Source: Oceanisphaera marina
Lineage (GTDB): Bacteria > Pseudomonadota > Gammaproteobacteria > Enterobacterales > Aeromonadaceae
DNA length: 64,000 nt
Assembly: GCF_014643915.1 (NCBI RefSeq)
Contig: NZ_BMKE01000002.1
Coordinates: forward strand, 132,132-196,131
Direction: 5' to 3'
Shown here one piece after another: positions 1-9,248 of this stretch (positions within the stretch are counted from its first letter, which is position 1; each line of letters begins with the position of its first letter). A program made the position numbers and the translations under genes. Under the pieces are notes generated by a model, which was given only the letters and a program-made list of their open reading frames with translations, was not told the DNA's origin and did not search any database.

Positions 1-269
1 ATCACCTCCAGGGTGGGTTTCTTGTAAAAGTAAGAAGTCCCAAAATCCCCCTGCAGTGCATTGCCCACAAACCGGCCGTACTTCACCATAAAGGGATCGT
101 TCAGGCCCATATCGGTGCGCATTTGTTGACGAACTTCTTCCGAAACCGACTGGCCAACCAGCTCGCGCAGCGGGTCACCCAGATTATCCTGAATTGAAAA
201 CGCAACCAGGCTGATGATAAACATCACCACTACCACCTGGAACAGCCGTTTCAGTAAAAAAGTAAGCAT
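1..269 (-). CDS. ABC transporter permease (DppB/OppB type); only the N-terminal ~89 aa are in the window and the gene runs off the left edge
   Basis: Reverse-strand ATG at 267-269. Translation MLTFLLKRLFQVVVVMFIISLVAFSIQDNLGDPLRELVGQS... is the typical N-terminus of peptide/nickel ABC permeases. It lies directly downstream of the family-5 binding protein. Confidence 0.8.
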   Translation of the reverse strand, partial: MLTFLLKRLFQVVVVMFIISLVAFSIQDNLGDPLRELVGQSVSEEVRQQMRTDMGLNDPFMVKYGRFVGNALQGDFGTSYFYKKPTLEV

Positions 270-317
270 CTTTGTTACATCCAATAGCGGGAATGGGGAT
301 CAGGGAATGGGAAAACT

Positions 318-348
318 CCCTAATCCCTAATCCCTAATCCCTAATCCC
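318..348. repeat. (CCCTAAT)x4 + CCC tandem heptamer repeat, preceded by GGGAATGGGA at 303-313
   Basis: Direct reading of the sequence. It sits in the 84-nt spacer between the binding-protein stop (354) and the permease start (269). Confidence 0.9.
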
Positions 349-353
349 AGTTT

Positions 354-1907
354 TTATTCGACGACCAAATCACCCAGGTACGGGAAGTCCATGGCGTTCA
401 CCACCGCTTCGGCACCTATGTTATCGCGCGCACCCCAGGCGAGATCCTGCCAATGCAGCGGCACGAAAGCGGCATCGTCATACAGGATTTTTTCTGCCTG
501 CTGCAGCATCTTGCCGCGTTTTTCGCCATCGGTTTCCAGGTTGGCGGACTCAATCAACTGATCCAGCTCCGGGTTGGCATAGTGACCGCAGTTATACTGG
601 CCGCGGCCGGTTTCTTCATTGCGGGTCATGGTCAGGAATTCGGAGAAATTGGCCGCATCTTCGGTATCCGAGTGCCAACCAATCATCAGCATGTCGGCGT
701 TGCATTTATCGAACTCGGGCCAGTATTGCGCCACCGGCATGGTTTTGAGATCCACATCGATATTAATGCGCGCCAGCATCGCCTTTACCGCTTCGGCAAT
801 TCTAAAGTCGTTTACATAACGGTTGTTGGGCGCAATCATGCTGATTTTAAAGCCGTCTTTATAACCGGCGTCAGCCATCAGCTGCTTGGCTTTGTCCAGA
901 TCAAAACGGGGCTTCAGCTCAGGATTGTGGCCCACATAACCGGCCGGAGCCTGTTGCGATGCCGTGGTGCCAAAGCCGCGCATGATGCGTTTTACAATAC
1001 CGTCCTGATTCACCGCGTAGTTCACCGCCTGGCGCACTCGCACATCTTTAAAGGGCTCGAAACGATCCTGGTTCAGCTGAAAGGTAATAATGCGCGTGCC
1101 CGATTCGGTCACCAGCTTGACGCCGTTGGCCGATTTGACGCGATTTTGGTCGTTGGGCGAAACCGGTTTGATGAAGTCGACGTCACCGGCCAGCAAGGCC
1201 GCCACTCGAGTAGCGTCTTCCTTAATCGGCACCAGCGTCATGTTTTGTACGTTACCCGGTGAGGCGTTATCCCAGTAGTCGGCGTTACGTTCGTATTCTA
1301 CCTTAACGCCCTGCTGGCGGAACTTGAGCTTGAAAGGGCCGGTACCAGAAGGATGGGTCGACGCAAACGAGCTGCCATGTTTCACCACGGCCCCCTTGTC
1401 TTGACCGTCATCGGTTTTACCGCTGTAGTACTTGGAATCCATCGGGAACAGATAGGTCACGGTATTCAGTACCAGCGGAAACGGCCCTTTGGTCACCAGG
1501 TCGACCGAATACTTATCTACCCTGGACGCCGCACTGAAGGGGTTGAAAATAGCCTTGAAGTCCGGCGATTCTTTCAGGCGATTAAAGGTCCACACCACAT
1601 CATCGGCAGTCAACTCGTTGCCACTGTGAAAGGTGACGCCCTTGCGTAAATGGAAGCGCATGGTGTTTTCATCAATCCGTTCCCACTTTTCTGCCAGGCG
1701 CGGCTCAATGTCGAAATCTTTGGTCCAACGTACCAGCGGGTCGAACAACAGATGCGACATCTCCATGGTGGCGCCCGACAGCTGCTCATGCGGATCCATA
1801 GAGACAGGATCCGCATCGTAGGCAATGGTGATATCCGCCGCCTGAACACTGAATGCCAGCCCGGCAGCCAGCAGCGCTGCCGTTACTTTATTGAGTCCTT
1901 TTTTCAT
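354..1907 (-). CDS. ABC transporter periplasmic substrate-binding protein, family 5 (peptide/nickel type)
   Basis: 517-aa product with signal peptide MKKGLNKVTAALLAAGLAFSVQA. The 523-aa ORF 354..1925 is trimmed to the Met at 1907 before the signal peptide. Homology across the whole length is to DppA/OppA-like binding proteins. Confidence 0.85.
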   Translation of the reverse strand: MKKGLNKVTAALLAAGLAFSVQAADITIAYDADPVSMDPHEQLSGATMEMSHLLFDPLVRWTKDFDIEPRLAEKWERIDENTMRFHLRKGVTFHSGNELTADDVVWTFNRLKESPDFKAIFNPFSAASRVDKYSVDLVTKGPFPLVLNTVTYLFPMDSKYYSGKTDDGQDKGAVVKHGSSFASTHPSGTGPFKLKFRQQGVKVEYERNADYWDNASPGNVQNMTLVPIKEDATRVAALLAGDVDFIKPVSPNDQNRVKSANGVKLVTESGTRIITFQLNQDRFEPFKDVRVRQAVNYAVNQDGIVKRIMRGFGTTASQQAPAGYVGHNPELKPRFDLDKAKQLMADAGYKDGFKISMIAPNNRYVNDFRIAEAVKAMLARINIDVDLKTMPVAQYWPEFDKCNADMLMIGWHSDTEDAANFSEFLTMTRNEETGRGQYNCGHYANPELDQLIESANLETDGEKRGKMLQQAEKILYDDAAFVPLHWQDLAWGARDNIGAEAVVNAMDFPYLGDLVVE

Positions 1908-1941
1908 GTAACACTCCATTGACATGGTTAATGTGGATCCG

Positions 1942-3681
1942 TTAGCGAGGGTCCATTGTGGTGGTGGAAATATTCAGACCTTCCCGTGACATCCCCTTGA
2001 ATTCGGGCATTAAAGAAATCAGAGAGCGACTGTAGGGATCGCTCGCATGGGTAAACAGCTGCTCGGTTTCAGCCACTTCTACCAGCGTGCCTTTTTTCAT
2101 GACGCCGATGCGATCGCACATTTGGCGGATAACCGGCAAATCGTGGCTGATAAAAAGCATGGTCAGCTTCAACTCGTCTTGCAAGTCTTTCAATAAATTG
2201 AGAATTTGAGCCTGTACCGACACATCCAGCGCCGAGGTGGGCTCGTCACAAATCAGCAGTCGCGGGCGCGTAGCCAGCGCACGAGCAATAGAGATCCGCT
2301 GGCGTTGGCCACCGGAAAACTCGTGAGGAAACTTGAGCCCGGCCGCTTTCCCCAGACCGACATAATCAAGCAGATCGTCGACAATGCCGCGAATTTGTAC
2401 TTCATTTTTCGCCAGCTGATGAAAACGAATCGGCTCGGCAATAATGTCGGCCACCCGCATCCGGGGGTTAAGGGAAGAATAGGGGTTTTGAAATACCATC
2501 TGCATTTGTCGGCGTATTGGGCGACGCTGTTTTTCGCTTTTAATCGCGGTCAACTCTATGCCTTCAAACCAGATTTTACCGCTGTCGGGCGGATACAGGC
2601 CGGTAATGGCACGCGCTATGGTCGACTTGCCCGATCCCGACTCGCCCACCAGGCCAAAGGTTTCGCCCTCGGCTATCTCAAAACTGACATCGTTAGTGGC
2701 TTGCAGATACTGACGGCGTGAGGCAAACAGCGAGTCCTGGGTAACAAAGCGCAGGTTGCAATGCTCCACTCTCAGCAAAGAGCCGCTGTAATCGCGCTGA
2801 TCCTGACTTTGTCCCAACCAGTGGTTTTTAAGATCCAAAGTGGTTTTTTCCTTGGCGTCTTCAATGTAAGACACCAGCGGAAACCGATGCAGCTTGACAT
2901 CGGATCGCGGCACGGCAGAAATCAGGCTCTTGGTGTAATCGTGGCTGGGGGTGCCCAGCACCTGGGCGGTGGGGCCTATTTCCATCAAGCGCCCGCGATA
3001 CATCACCGCCACGCGGTCGGTCACGTTAGAGACCACGCCCATATCATGAGTCACCAGCATGCAGCCTACATTACGTTCTTTGCACAGGTTGCGGATCAGG
3101 GTCAATATCTGGTCTTGAATCGATACATCCAGTGCCGTGGTGGGTTCGTCGGCAATAATCAGCTCCGGGTCGCAAGACAGTGCAATGGCAATCACCACCC
3201 GTTGACGCATACCGCCGGAAAACTGATGAGGATACTGCTTGATGCGCAGCTCCGGTTCGGGAATACCGACCGCGTCCAGTAGTGATATCGACTTTTTGCG
3301 CGCCGCATCCCGACTCATGCCGGTATTGGCCAGCAGGGTTTCCACCATCTGGTATTCCACGGTAAACAGTGGATTCAGCGAGGTCATGGGATCTTGAAAG
3401 ATAAAACCGATTCGACTGCCGCGAATGCTGCGCATCTGGTTGGCATTCAGGCCAGAAATAAGCTCGCCATCCAGATAAACCTCCCCTTTGGCGATGCGCC
3501 CTGGCGGGCTCAACAGGTCGATCACCGCGTTGCCTATGGTGGACTTGCCGGCGCCGGATTCTCCGACCACCCCCAGAATTTCTCCTCTTTCAATACTCAA
3601 GGATAAATCGTCAATGGCAGCCATGACGCCATGGCGAGAGGGATATTCAATGCGCAGGTTTTTTACTTCTAACAGGGACAT
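1942..3681 (-). CDS. ABC transporter ATP-binding protein with two fused ATPase domains (GsiA/YejF/DppDF-like)
   Basis: Two Walker A motifs (GESGAGKST and GESGSGKST), two ABC signature motifs (SGGMRQR and SGGQRQR) and two Walker B motifs. Start placed at Met-14 (3681), which has GAGG seven nt upstream. Starts at 3687 or 3720 are also possible. Confidence 0.85.
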   Translation of the reverse strand: MSLLEVKNLRIEYPSRHGVMAAIDDLSLSIERGEILGVVGESGAGKSTIGNAVIDLLSPPGRIAKGEVYLDGELISGLNANQMRSIRGSRIGFIFQDPMTSLNPLFTVEYQMVETLLANTGMSRDAARKKSISLLDAVGIPEPELRIKQYPHQFSGGMRQRVVIAIALSCDPELIIADEPTTALDVSIQDQILTLIRNLCKERNVGCMLVTHDMGVVSNVTDRVAVMYRGRLMEIGPTAQVLGTPSHDYTKSLISAVPRSDVKLHRFPLVSYIEDAKEKTTLDLKNHWLGQSQDQRDYSGSLLRVEHCNLRFVTQDSLFASRRQYLQATNDVSFEIAEGETFGLVGESGSGKSTIARAITGLYPPDSGKIWFEGIELTAIKSEKQRRPIRRQMQMVFQNPYSSLNPRMRVADIIAEPIRFHQLAKNEVQIRGIVDDLLDYVGLGKAAGLKFPHEFSGGQRQRISIARALATRPRLLICDEPTSALDVSVQAQILNLLKDLQDELKLTMLFISHDLPVIRQMCDRIGVMKKGTLVEVAETEQLFTHASDPYSRSLISLMPEFKGMSREGLNISTTTMDPR

Positions 3682-3978
3682 ATTCATCCTCGAGGTCCAC
3701 TTGGGCCGCAATCCTTTCATCGGCTACAACAGGTAGCGCGGCAATCGATTATGTTACTGTCTGGTTTGTGATGACAATAAAGGTTAGTTACAAAAAAGCA
3801 ACATATCGCGTCTATTGTAAACCCAGTTCTGTGCCAAGATAAATCGCAGTCATCCCGATTCATCTCACAAAACCAGCAATAAGTTTCAATAGATAAATGA
3901 TAGCTAGAGTTTATGACTGACGACTCGGGAAAGGTCAAGCGAGAAATGAAACAAAAATAGAGTTTTTGATCTAAATCA

Positions 3979-4037
3979 GGGATTGGGGATTGGGGATTGG
4001 GGATTGGGGATTGGGGATTGGGGATTGGGGATTGGGG
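3979..4037. repeat. (GGGATTG)x8 + GGG tandem heptamer array. It is followed at 4053-4061 by the inverted copy CCAATCCCC
   Basis: Direct reading. G3-N4 spacing fits the canonical G-quadruplex pattern. The array lies in the 536-nt spacer between the ATPase gene start and the pgpA stop. Confidence 0.9.
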
Positions 4038-4169
4038 TAAAGATAGCGCCAATCCCCAACCTCCGGTAACAGAAAACCACCGCACCTGTAGAAGGCTGCT
4101 TTAGCTGGCTGGTTTTGCGCAGCAAAACGAAAACGACGATATTGCACAGCTGAAGCAGCGCCTACAAAA

Positions 4170-4202
4170 GCAAAAAACACCGGCCTTTTGAGGGCCGGTG
4201 TG
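4170..4202 (-). terminator. Rho-independent terminator downstream of pgpA
   Basis: Stem CACCGGCC / GGCCGGTG with a T-run on the minus strand (plus strand reads aaaaaacaccggccttttgagggccggtgtg). Confidence 0.6.
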
Positions 4203-4256
4203 TATCTTTAGCTGGGCTGGGCGTTTGATGCTTAGCGCAGGTTTACCAATGCCGAT

Positions 4257-4736
4257 TTACCAATACAAGACGAGTAACTGCAGGCAGGCCAGGGCAAACA
4301 CGCCGGCGATGACATCGTCGAGCATAATACCGAAACCGCCGTGCACGCGACGATCAAACCAGCTAATGGGCCAGGGTTTGATAATATCGAAGAAGCGAAA
4401 CAGCACAAAGCCCACCACCATCCAGCCCAAACCGGCGGGAGCGGCAAACATGGTAATGCCATAACCAATGATTTCATCCCACACGATGGCGCCGTGGTCA
4501 TGACGACCAATGGCCCTGGTCGCCGCATTGCAAATCCAGATACCGGCAATAAAGCCCAGCAATAAAATCAACAGATACCAGGCGGGGGAAAGGCCCTGTA
4601 TCAGCCAATACAACGGAATGGCGGCCAGGGTCCCCATGGTGCCCGGCATAACGGGGCTTAAGCCAGAGCCAAAACCCAGGGCCAGTAAGTGCAAGGGATT
4701 GGACAGTTTCAAGTTGGCAAGCTCAGGCTTTCTCAT
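4257..4736 (-). CDS. pgpA: Phosphatidylglycerophosphatase A
   Basis: 159 aa with full-length PgpA-family similarity (…GTMGTLAAIPLYW…DEIIGY…). Conserved position downstream of thiL. Confidence 0.9.
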   Translation of the reverse strand: MRKPELANLKLSNPLHLLALGFGSGLSPVMPGTMGTLAAIPLYWLIQGLSPAWYLLILLLGFIAGIWICNAATRAIGRHDHGAIVWDEIIGYGITMFAAPAGLGWMVVGFVLFRFFDIIKPWPISWFDRRVHGGFGIMLDDVIAGVFALACLQLLVLYW

Positions 4737-4900
4737 CTAGACACTCCTAAATGATTCACTCACGGTAAGGAGTGAAGAGTAAATGGTGAAGGGTAAAATA
4801 TAACCGCCCTGTATTTAACGAATAAAGACGTCTTACATGGCAAAAACAGGTTTGAGTAAAGTGCACTTATTTCGTCCACTTCACTCTTTACCCAGCCCCT

Positions 4901-5866
4901 TCACGGCTGGCGAAAGTGATCCCAACTTTGGCTTTGCAACTGGTAAGGGTGCCCTTCGAGCAATAGCTCTACATCGGGAATTCCGGTAAACATACGCCCG
5001 ATACGGGTAAATTTAACCCCACAGTGCGCCAGGGCCATCTCCAGCTGACCACGATGCAATTCCGGTACGGTAAAGCATAACTCGTAGTCATCCCCTCCGG
5101 TCAGCGCCAACTCCCAGCCCTGCTCTTTGGAGACCGAATCCTGCATGGCCGCGCTCAAGGGGATCTGTTCCAGCTCGATTTGCGCCCGCATGCCCGACGC
5201 TCGGGTGATGTGTGCCAGGTCGCCCATCAGGCCGTCGGACAAATCCAGCGCACTGGTGGCGATATCTCGTAACGCCTGCCCCGCCAGAATACGTGGGTGC
5301 GGATGCTCGAACTTGTTGCGTACAAAGGCTTTATGCGCCTCGGGCACGGTAATATTACCCAGTACCTTCTGCAAGCCCAGAGCGGCATCACCCAGGGTGC
5401 CGGTGACATAAATACCGTCGCCAACCTGGGCACCGCTGCGCTTCAGACCTTTACCCTCGGGCAAGGTCCCTTTTACCGAGACGGTAATCGACAGCGGACC
5501 CTTGGTCATGTCGCCCCCCACCAGCGCCACATTGTAGTATTCCGCCAGCTCGAAAAAACCGGCACAAAACTGCTTGATCCACTCTTCATCCACCTCTGGC
5601 AGGGTAAGCGCCAGTGACACCCAGCAAGGGTCGGCTCCCATGGCAGCCAGATCGGACAGGTTTACCGCCAGGGCCTTGTGACCTAACGCAGTGGGGTCCA
5701 TGTCGGCAAAAAAGTGTACGCCGCTAACCAGGGTGTCCGTGCTGACGGCCAACAGGGTATTGGGCGGAACTTGCAGCAAGGCACAGTCGTCGCCCGGCCC
5801 CATGACAACATCTTTACGATGACTGGCCACGGTGAAGTAGTGTTTTATTATATCGAATTCATTCAT
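4901..5866 (-). CDS. thiL: Thiamine-monophosphate kinase
   Basis: 321 aa with the ThiL/AIR-synthase-related fold. Conserved nusB-thiL-pgpA synteny. Confidence 0.9.
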   Translation of the reverse strand: MNEFDIIKHYFTVASHRKDVVMGPGDDCALLQVPPNTLLAVSTDTLVSGVHFFADMDPTALGHKALAVNLSDLAAMGADPCWVSLALTLPEVDEEWIKQFCAGFFELAEYYNVALVGGDMTKGPLSITVSVKGTLPEGKGLKRSGAQVGDGIYVTGTLGDAALGLQKVLGNITVPEAHKAFVRNKFEHPHPRILAGQALRDIATSALDLSDGLMGDLAHITRASGMRAQIELEQIPLSAAMQDSVSKEQGWELALTGGDDYELCFTVPELHRGQLEMALAHCGVKFTRIGRMFTGIPDVELLLEGHPYQLQSQSWDHFRQP

Positions 5867-5874
5867 AAAAAATG

Positions 5875-5900
5875 AAAAGCCAGCAACCGCTGGCTTTTTT
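5875..5900 (-). terminator. Stem-loop plus T-run between nusB and thiL (possible attenuator or terminator)
   Basis: gccagc-aacc-gctggc stem, flanked by an A-run and a T-run. Confidence 0.5.
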
Positions 5901-5913
5901 CCCGTGCTTATTG

Positions 5914-6324
5914 TTATTTTTTCAACTGCTTGATGACTTTATCCAGTACACCGTTTACAAAACGATGACTTTCTTCGGCAGCGAACGCTTTGGCCAGTTC
6001 AATGGCCTCGTTAATCACTACACGATAAGGCACATCTTCACGCCGAGTCAGCTCATAGCTGGCTAAACGCAGTATTGCCTTGTCAACCATATCCAAATCG
6101 GCCAGCGGACGTGAAAGATAGGATGAATAGACCGCATCCAGTTCGTTGGCATGCACCGACACCCCAAACAGCAGGTCGCGGAAATAATCCAGATCCACCC
6201 CTTTGGTGTCCTGTTCCAGTGCAAATTGCTGAGCAATATCGGCCACGTTATCCTTGGTCATTTGCCATTGGTAAATGGCCTGGGTAGCGAGACGGCGGGC
6301 CTTGCGGCGTTCGGACGGTTTCAA
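5914..6324 (-). CDS. nusB: Transcription antitermination factor NusB
   Basis: Clear NusB homology (…RRKARRLATQAIYQWQ…). The ORF-track ATG at 6360 would overlap ribH by 23 nt. An in-frame TTG at 6324, with GAGGAG eight nt upstream, gives the canonical N-terminus (M)KPSERRKARR. Confidence 0.85.
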   Translation of the reverse strand: MKPSERRKARRLATQAIYQWQMTKDNVADIAQQFALEQDTKGVDLDYFRDLLFGVSVHANELDAVYSSYLSRPLADLDMVDKAILRLASYELTRREDVPYRVVINEAIELAKAFAAEESHRFVNGVLDKVIKQLKK

Positions 6325-6337
6325 TTCAATACTCCTC

Positions 6338-6805
6338 TTAGTCCAGCTGCTGCAGGACATTAATCATTTCAAGTGCGCTGAGGGCGGCTTCTGCGCCCTT
6401 GTTACCCGCCTTGGTGCCAGCACGCTCTATGGCTTGTTCTATGTTTTCGGTGGTCAATACCCCGAAGGCAATCGGCATTTCAAACTCCATCATTACACTG
6501 GCCATGCCTTTGCTGTTTTCATTGGCAACCAGGTCAAAATGATAAGTACCGCCGCGGATAACGCAGCCCAGGGCAACGATGGCGTCATACTTGCCGCTTT
6601 TGGCGAGTTTTTTACACACCAAGGGCATTTCAATGGCGCCAGGCACTTTTACCAGCGTAATGTTATCGTCTTTTACCTGGCCCTGACGCTTGAGCACATC
6701 CAGTGCACCGCCTACCAGGCTGTCGTTGATAAAACTATTGAAGCGAGCAACAACGATCGCTACCTTGGCCTCGGGAGTGGCCATCAGCCCTTCGATTACC
6801 TTCAT
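6338..6805 (-). CDS. ribH: 6,7-dimethyl-8-ribityllumazine synthase
   Basis: 155 aa starting [23 protein letters not shown]… with AGGGA six nt upstream of ATG 6805. The ORF-track start at 6835 is probably spurious. Confidence 0.9.
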   Translation of the reverse strand: MKVIEGLMATPEAKVAIVVARFNSFINDSLVGGALDVLKRQGQVKDDNITLVKVPGAIEMPLVCKKLAKSGKYDAIVALGCVIRGGTYHFDLVANENSKGMASVMMEFEMPIAFGVLTTENIEQAIERAGTKAGNKGAEAALSALEMINVLQQLD

Positions 6806-6952
6806 GGGAATCCCTGTTTGGACAAAAGTGCGCACATTCTAGCACAACCTGAGGGTGACAAAAGTCATTAGATTGCGAACTTAGGTCTCGCGCCTGACGC
6901 TTTACGCCTTACGCCCCCCCCTGAAGAGGTTCGGCAAAAAAAGGGCGGCAGG

Positions 6953-7900
6953 CTAATGTCGCGATGCGGGAGTTTCGTCATCAGCGTCTTCCACTTCGGT
7001 TTGCTCCCGTAAAAAGCACACCAGATTTTCACTCGGCATTTCTATGCCGGCGTCGTCCAGCGTCAGCTTGATGATACGAATCACCTCGGCATGCACTCGC
7101 GTCACATCAGCCCGACGGCTATGGGTCCACCAGCGTACCCTGATCGTGACCCAGCTGGCCGCCAGATCCCATGGCAACGCCTGCACTTCGGGAGCGCCTT
7201 CCACCTGGGCCACCTTGGCAACGGCGGCCTTTAGCAGCTCGCACGCCTTGTCTATATCATCGTCATAACCAATGCCCACGTCGTATTGGCTGCGCCTGTA
7301 ATCATGAGCAGTAAACACCCTGACCGCATTGGTATAAATATCGCTGTTCGGGATCACGATGCGCTGACCATCATAGGTTTTAATGATGGTAGCGCGGGTT
7401 TCAATGCGCTGTACCGTGCCTTCGTGACCGTTGACCTCTATTTGGTCGTTAATATTGAAAGGCTGGCGCAACAGAATAAGCAGCCCCGCCAGCCAGTTTT
7501 GCAGGATATCCTTGAAGGCGAAACCAATGGCCACCGAGCTAACGCCCAGGCCGGCAATCAGATCACCGGGTTTCAGACTGGGGATCACTATGGTGGCGGC
7601 CAGCAAAAAGCCGAATAAAATAACGGTCCATTTAACCAAGCCACCCAACACCTCACCCAGATTATCCCTGCCCCGGGTATGGGTCTGGCGTAGAATAAGC
7701 CGTCGCACCAACAGGGCGAGCCCATAGAAAACAAGTAACAGGACCAGGGCAACCAGCAAATTGGGCAGCAAGCGTATACCGCCATCCAGCCAGCTGTCGA
7801 TGCGTTCTATGGCTACGCCAAAATCCAGATCGACCTGCTGCGGAACATCCTGATTGGCACTGCTCTCGTTTGCCGACGCCGTTGCGGAATTGTCTGCCAT
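6953..7900 (-). CDS. Small-conductance mechanosensitive channel, MscS family
   Basis: Transmembrane helices plus the MscS beta domain (…PFNINDQIEVNGHEGTVQRIETRATIIKTYDGQRIVIPNS…). Start set at ATG 7900, preceded by AGGAGGA. Confidence 0.8.
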   Translation of the reverse strand: MADNSATASANESSANQDVPQQVDLDFGVAIERIDSWLDGGIRLLPNLLVALVLLLVFYGLALLVRRLILRQTHTRGRDNLGEVLGGLVKWTVILFGFLLAATIVIPSLKPGDLIAGLGVSSVAIGFAFKDILQNWLAGLLILLRQPFNINDQIEVNGHEGTVQRIETRATIIKTYDGQRIVIPNSDIYTNAVRVFTAHDYRRSQYDVGIGYDDDIDKACELLKAAVAKVAQVEGAPEVQALPWDLAASWVTIRVRWWTHSRRADVTRVHAEVIRIIKLTLDDAGIEMPSENLVCFLREQTEVEDADDETPASRH

Positions 7901-8189
7901 ATTATCCTCCTGAGCGGCCGCCATACGTGAAGCGAATGGCGTCAAACTAACCCTAAAAGCTTATGTAACAGACGCCTGCTTTGCCATTTTTATTAACGCC
8001 TTTTCCGCCTTAAAACACCGGTCACCTCACAGTCGCAAGCGGCTGCGCGTGCAAACTGGATGAAATAACATAAAGTGAAGCAATGGCAGAATAAAGCGTC
8101 CACCTCTGCGGTAGAATGCAGACTTCTAGAGGAGCATTTTTCTCTTTTACAGCACAACACTTTTATCACATGCAGGGCGAGGTTTATTT

Positions 8190-9092
8190 ATGCTGCCAGA
8201 GCGGCGTGGCGACGTGTTTATTTTAACGGCAACTTTATTGGCTTCTGCCGGCTGGTTATTCTCTAAAGAAGCCCTTGGCGGCCTTCCCCCTGCCGGGTTT
8301 GTCGGTTGGCGTTTCTTGCTGGCCGCCCTCTTGCTGCTGCCTTTTTGCTATCGGCATTTACGCAGCACTGCGCCCATACTCTTGCTCAAGGCCGCCGCCA
8401 TTGGTCTGGTGATGACCCTGAATCTGATTTTCTGGATCCAGGCCATTTCTCACAGTGAAGGGATTGGCGAGGGGGCTTTTATTATGAGTCTGGCCATGTT
8501 GATGGTACCGCCGCTGGCCTGGCTGATATTCAAAGAGCGGCCACAACGCCAGTTTTGGCTGGCGCTGCCAATTGCCGTATTGGGGTTGTTTTTTCTGACC
8601 ATGGGTAATGGCCTGAGCTTGTCACTCAGCCAACTGCTGTTTTTGCTGGCGTCGCTCTCGCTGGCGCTGTATTTCAATTTAAACAGCCGCTTTGCCAGGC
8701 GCGTTCACCCCATGGCGCTCACCTGCATTCAGCTGGCCGTTACCGGCATCATGCACCTGCTGTATTCCGGCTTGTTTGAGCAGTGGCCCGAACAAATTCT
8801 CCCGGTTACCTGGGGCTGGTTTGCCGCCAGCGTCTTGCTGGCCACCTCGTTACGGTTTGTCTTTCAAAGCATGGGGCAAAAATACAGCCATGTTGCCAAC
8901 GCGGCCCTGATTATGATGCTGGAACCCATCTGGACGGTGCTGATCAGCGTATTCTGGTATCACGAGCCCATGCCGATACAGAAGATATTTGGCTGCCTGT
9001 TGATCCTGCTGGCCCTGCTCAGCTATCGCAGCCGTAACCTGCTGGACTGGTATCGCAGCCGCCGAGCATTACAGGCCGCCAATAAACGATAA
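8190..9092 (+). CDS. EamA/DMT-superfamily transporter
   Basis: 300 aa with about 10 predicted TM helices and duplicated EamA-like halves. Confidence 0.7.
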   Translation: MLPERRGDVFILTATLLASAGWLFSKEALGGLPPAGFVGWRFLLAALLLLPFCYRHLRSTAPILLLKAAAIGLVMTLNLIFWIQAISHSEGIGEGAFIMSLAMLMVPPLAWLIFKERPQRQFWLALPIAVLGLFFLTMGNGLSLSLSQLLFLLASLSLALYFNLNSRFARRVHPMALTCIQLAVTGIMHLLYSGLFEQWPEQILPVTWGWFAASVLLATSLRFVFQSMGQKYSHVANAALIMMLEPIWTVLISVFWYHEPMPIQKIFGCLLILLALLSYRSRNLLDWYRSRRALQAANKR

Positions 9093-9135
9093 CCCGCCAG
9101 CCTGTCTCTTAATCACAACTATTTGTTGATATTAG

Positions 9136-9248
9136 TGTGGTTTGTCAGGCAGAGGGCGCTACTCCTCCGACTCGCCGTGAATACGGTCCCTGTAGGCTCA
9201 ACTGACCATCCCTGGCGCGGATGGTCGGTTGAGCAGACACCCTCTGCC
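9136..9248. repeat. Nested imperfect palindrome (REP/ERIC-like structured element) between convergent genes
   Basis: Outer arms are GCAGAGGG / CCCTCTGC. Inner 15-bp arms are CTCAACTGACCATCC / GGATGGTCGGTTGAG around an 8-nt loop. A second hairpin, CACATGAC-aggac-GTCATGTG, lies at 9335-9356. Confidence 0.6.

Noticed and set aside
3979-4037. Possible CRISPR array
   Set aside because: The units are 7 bp with no spacers and no cas genes. This is a simple tandem repeat, not a CRISPR array.
3717-4180. ORFs encoding PQSPIPN-repeat proteins (3717-4085 and 3971-4180)
   Set aside because: The repeats are the translation of the (GGGATTG)n array, and these reading frames cross an obvious intergenic region.
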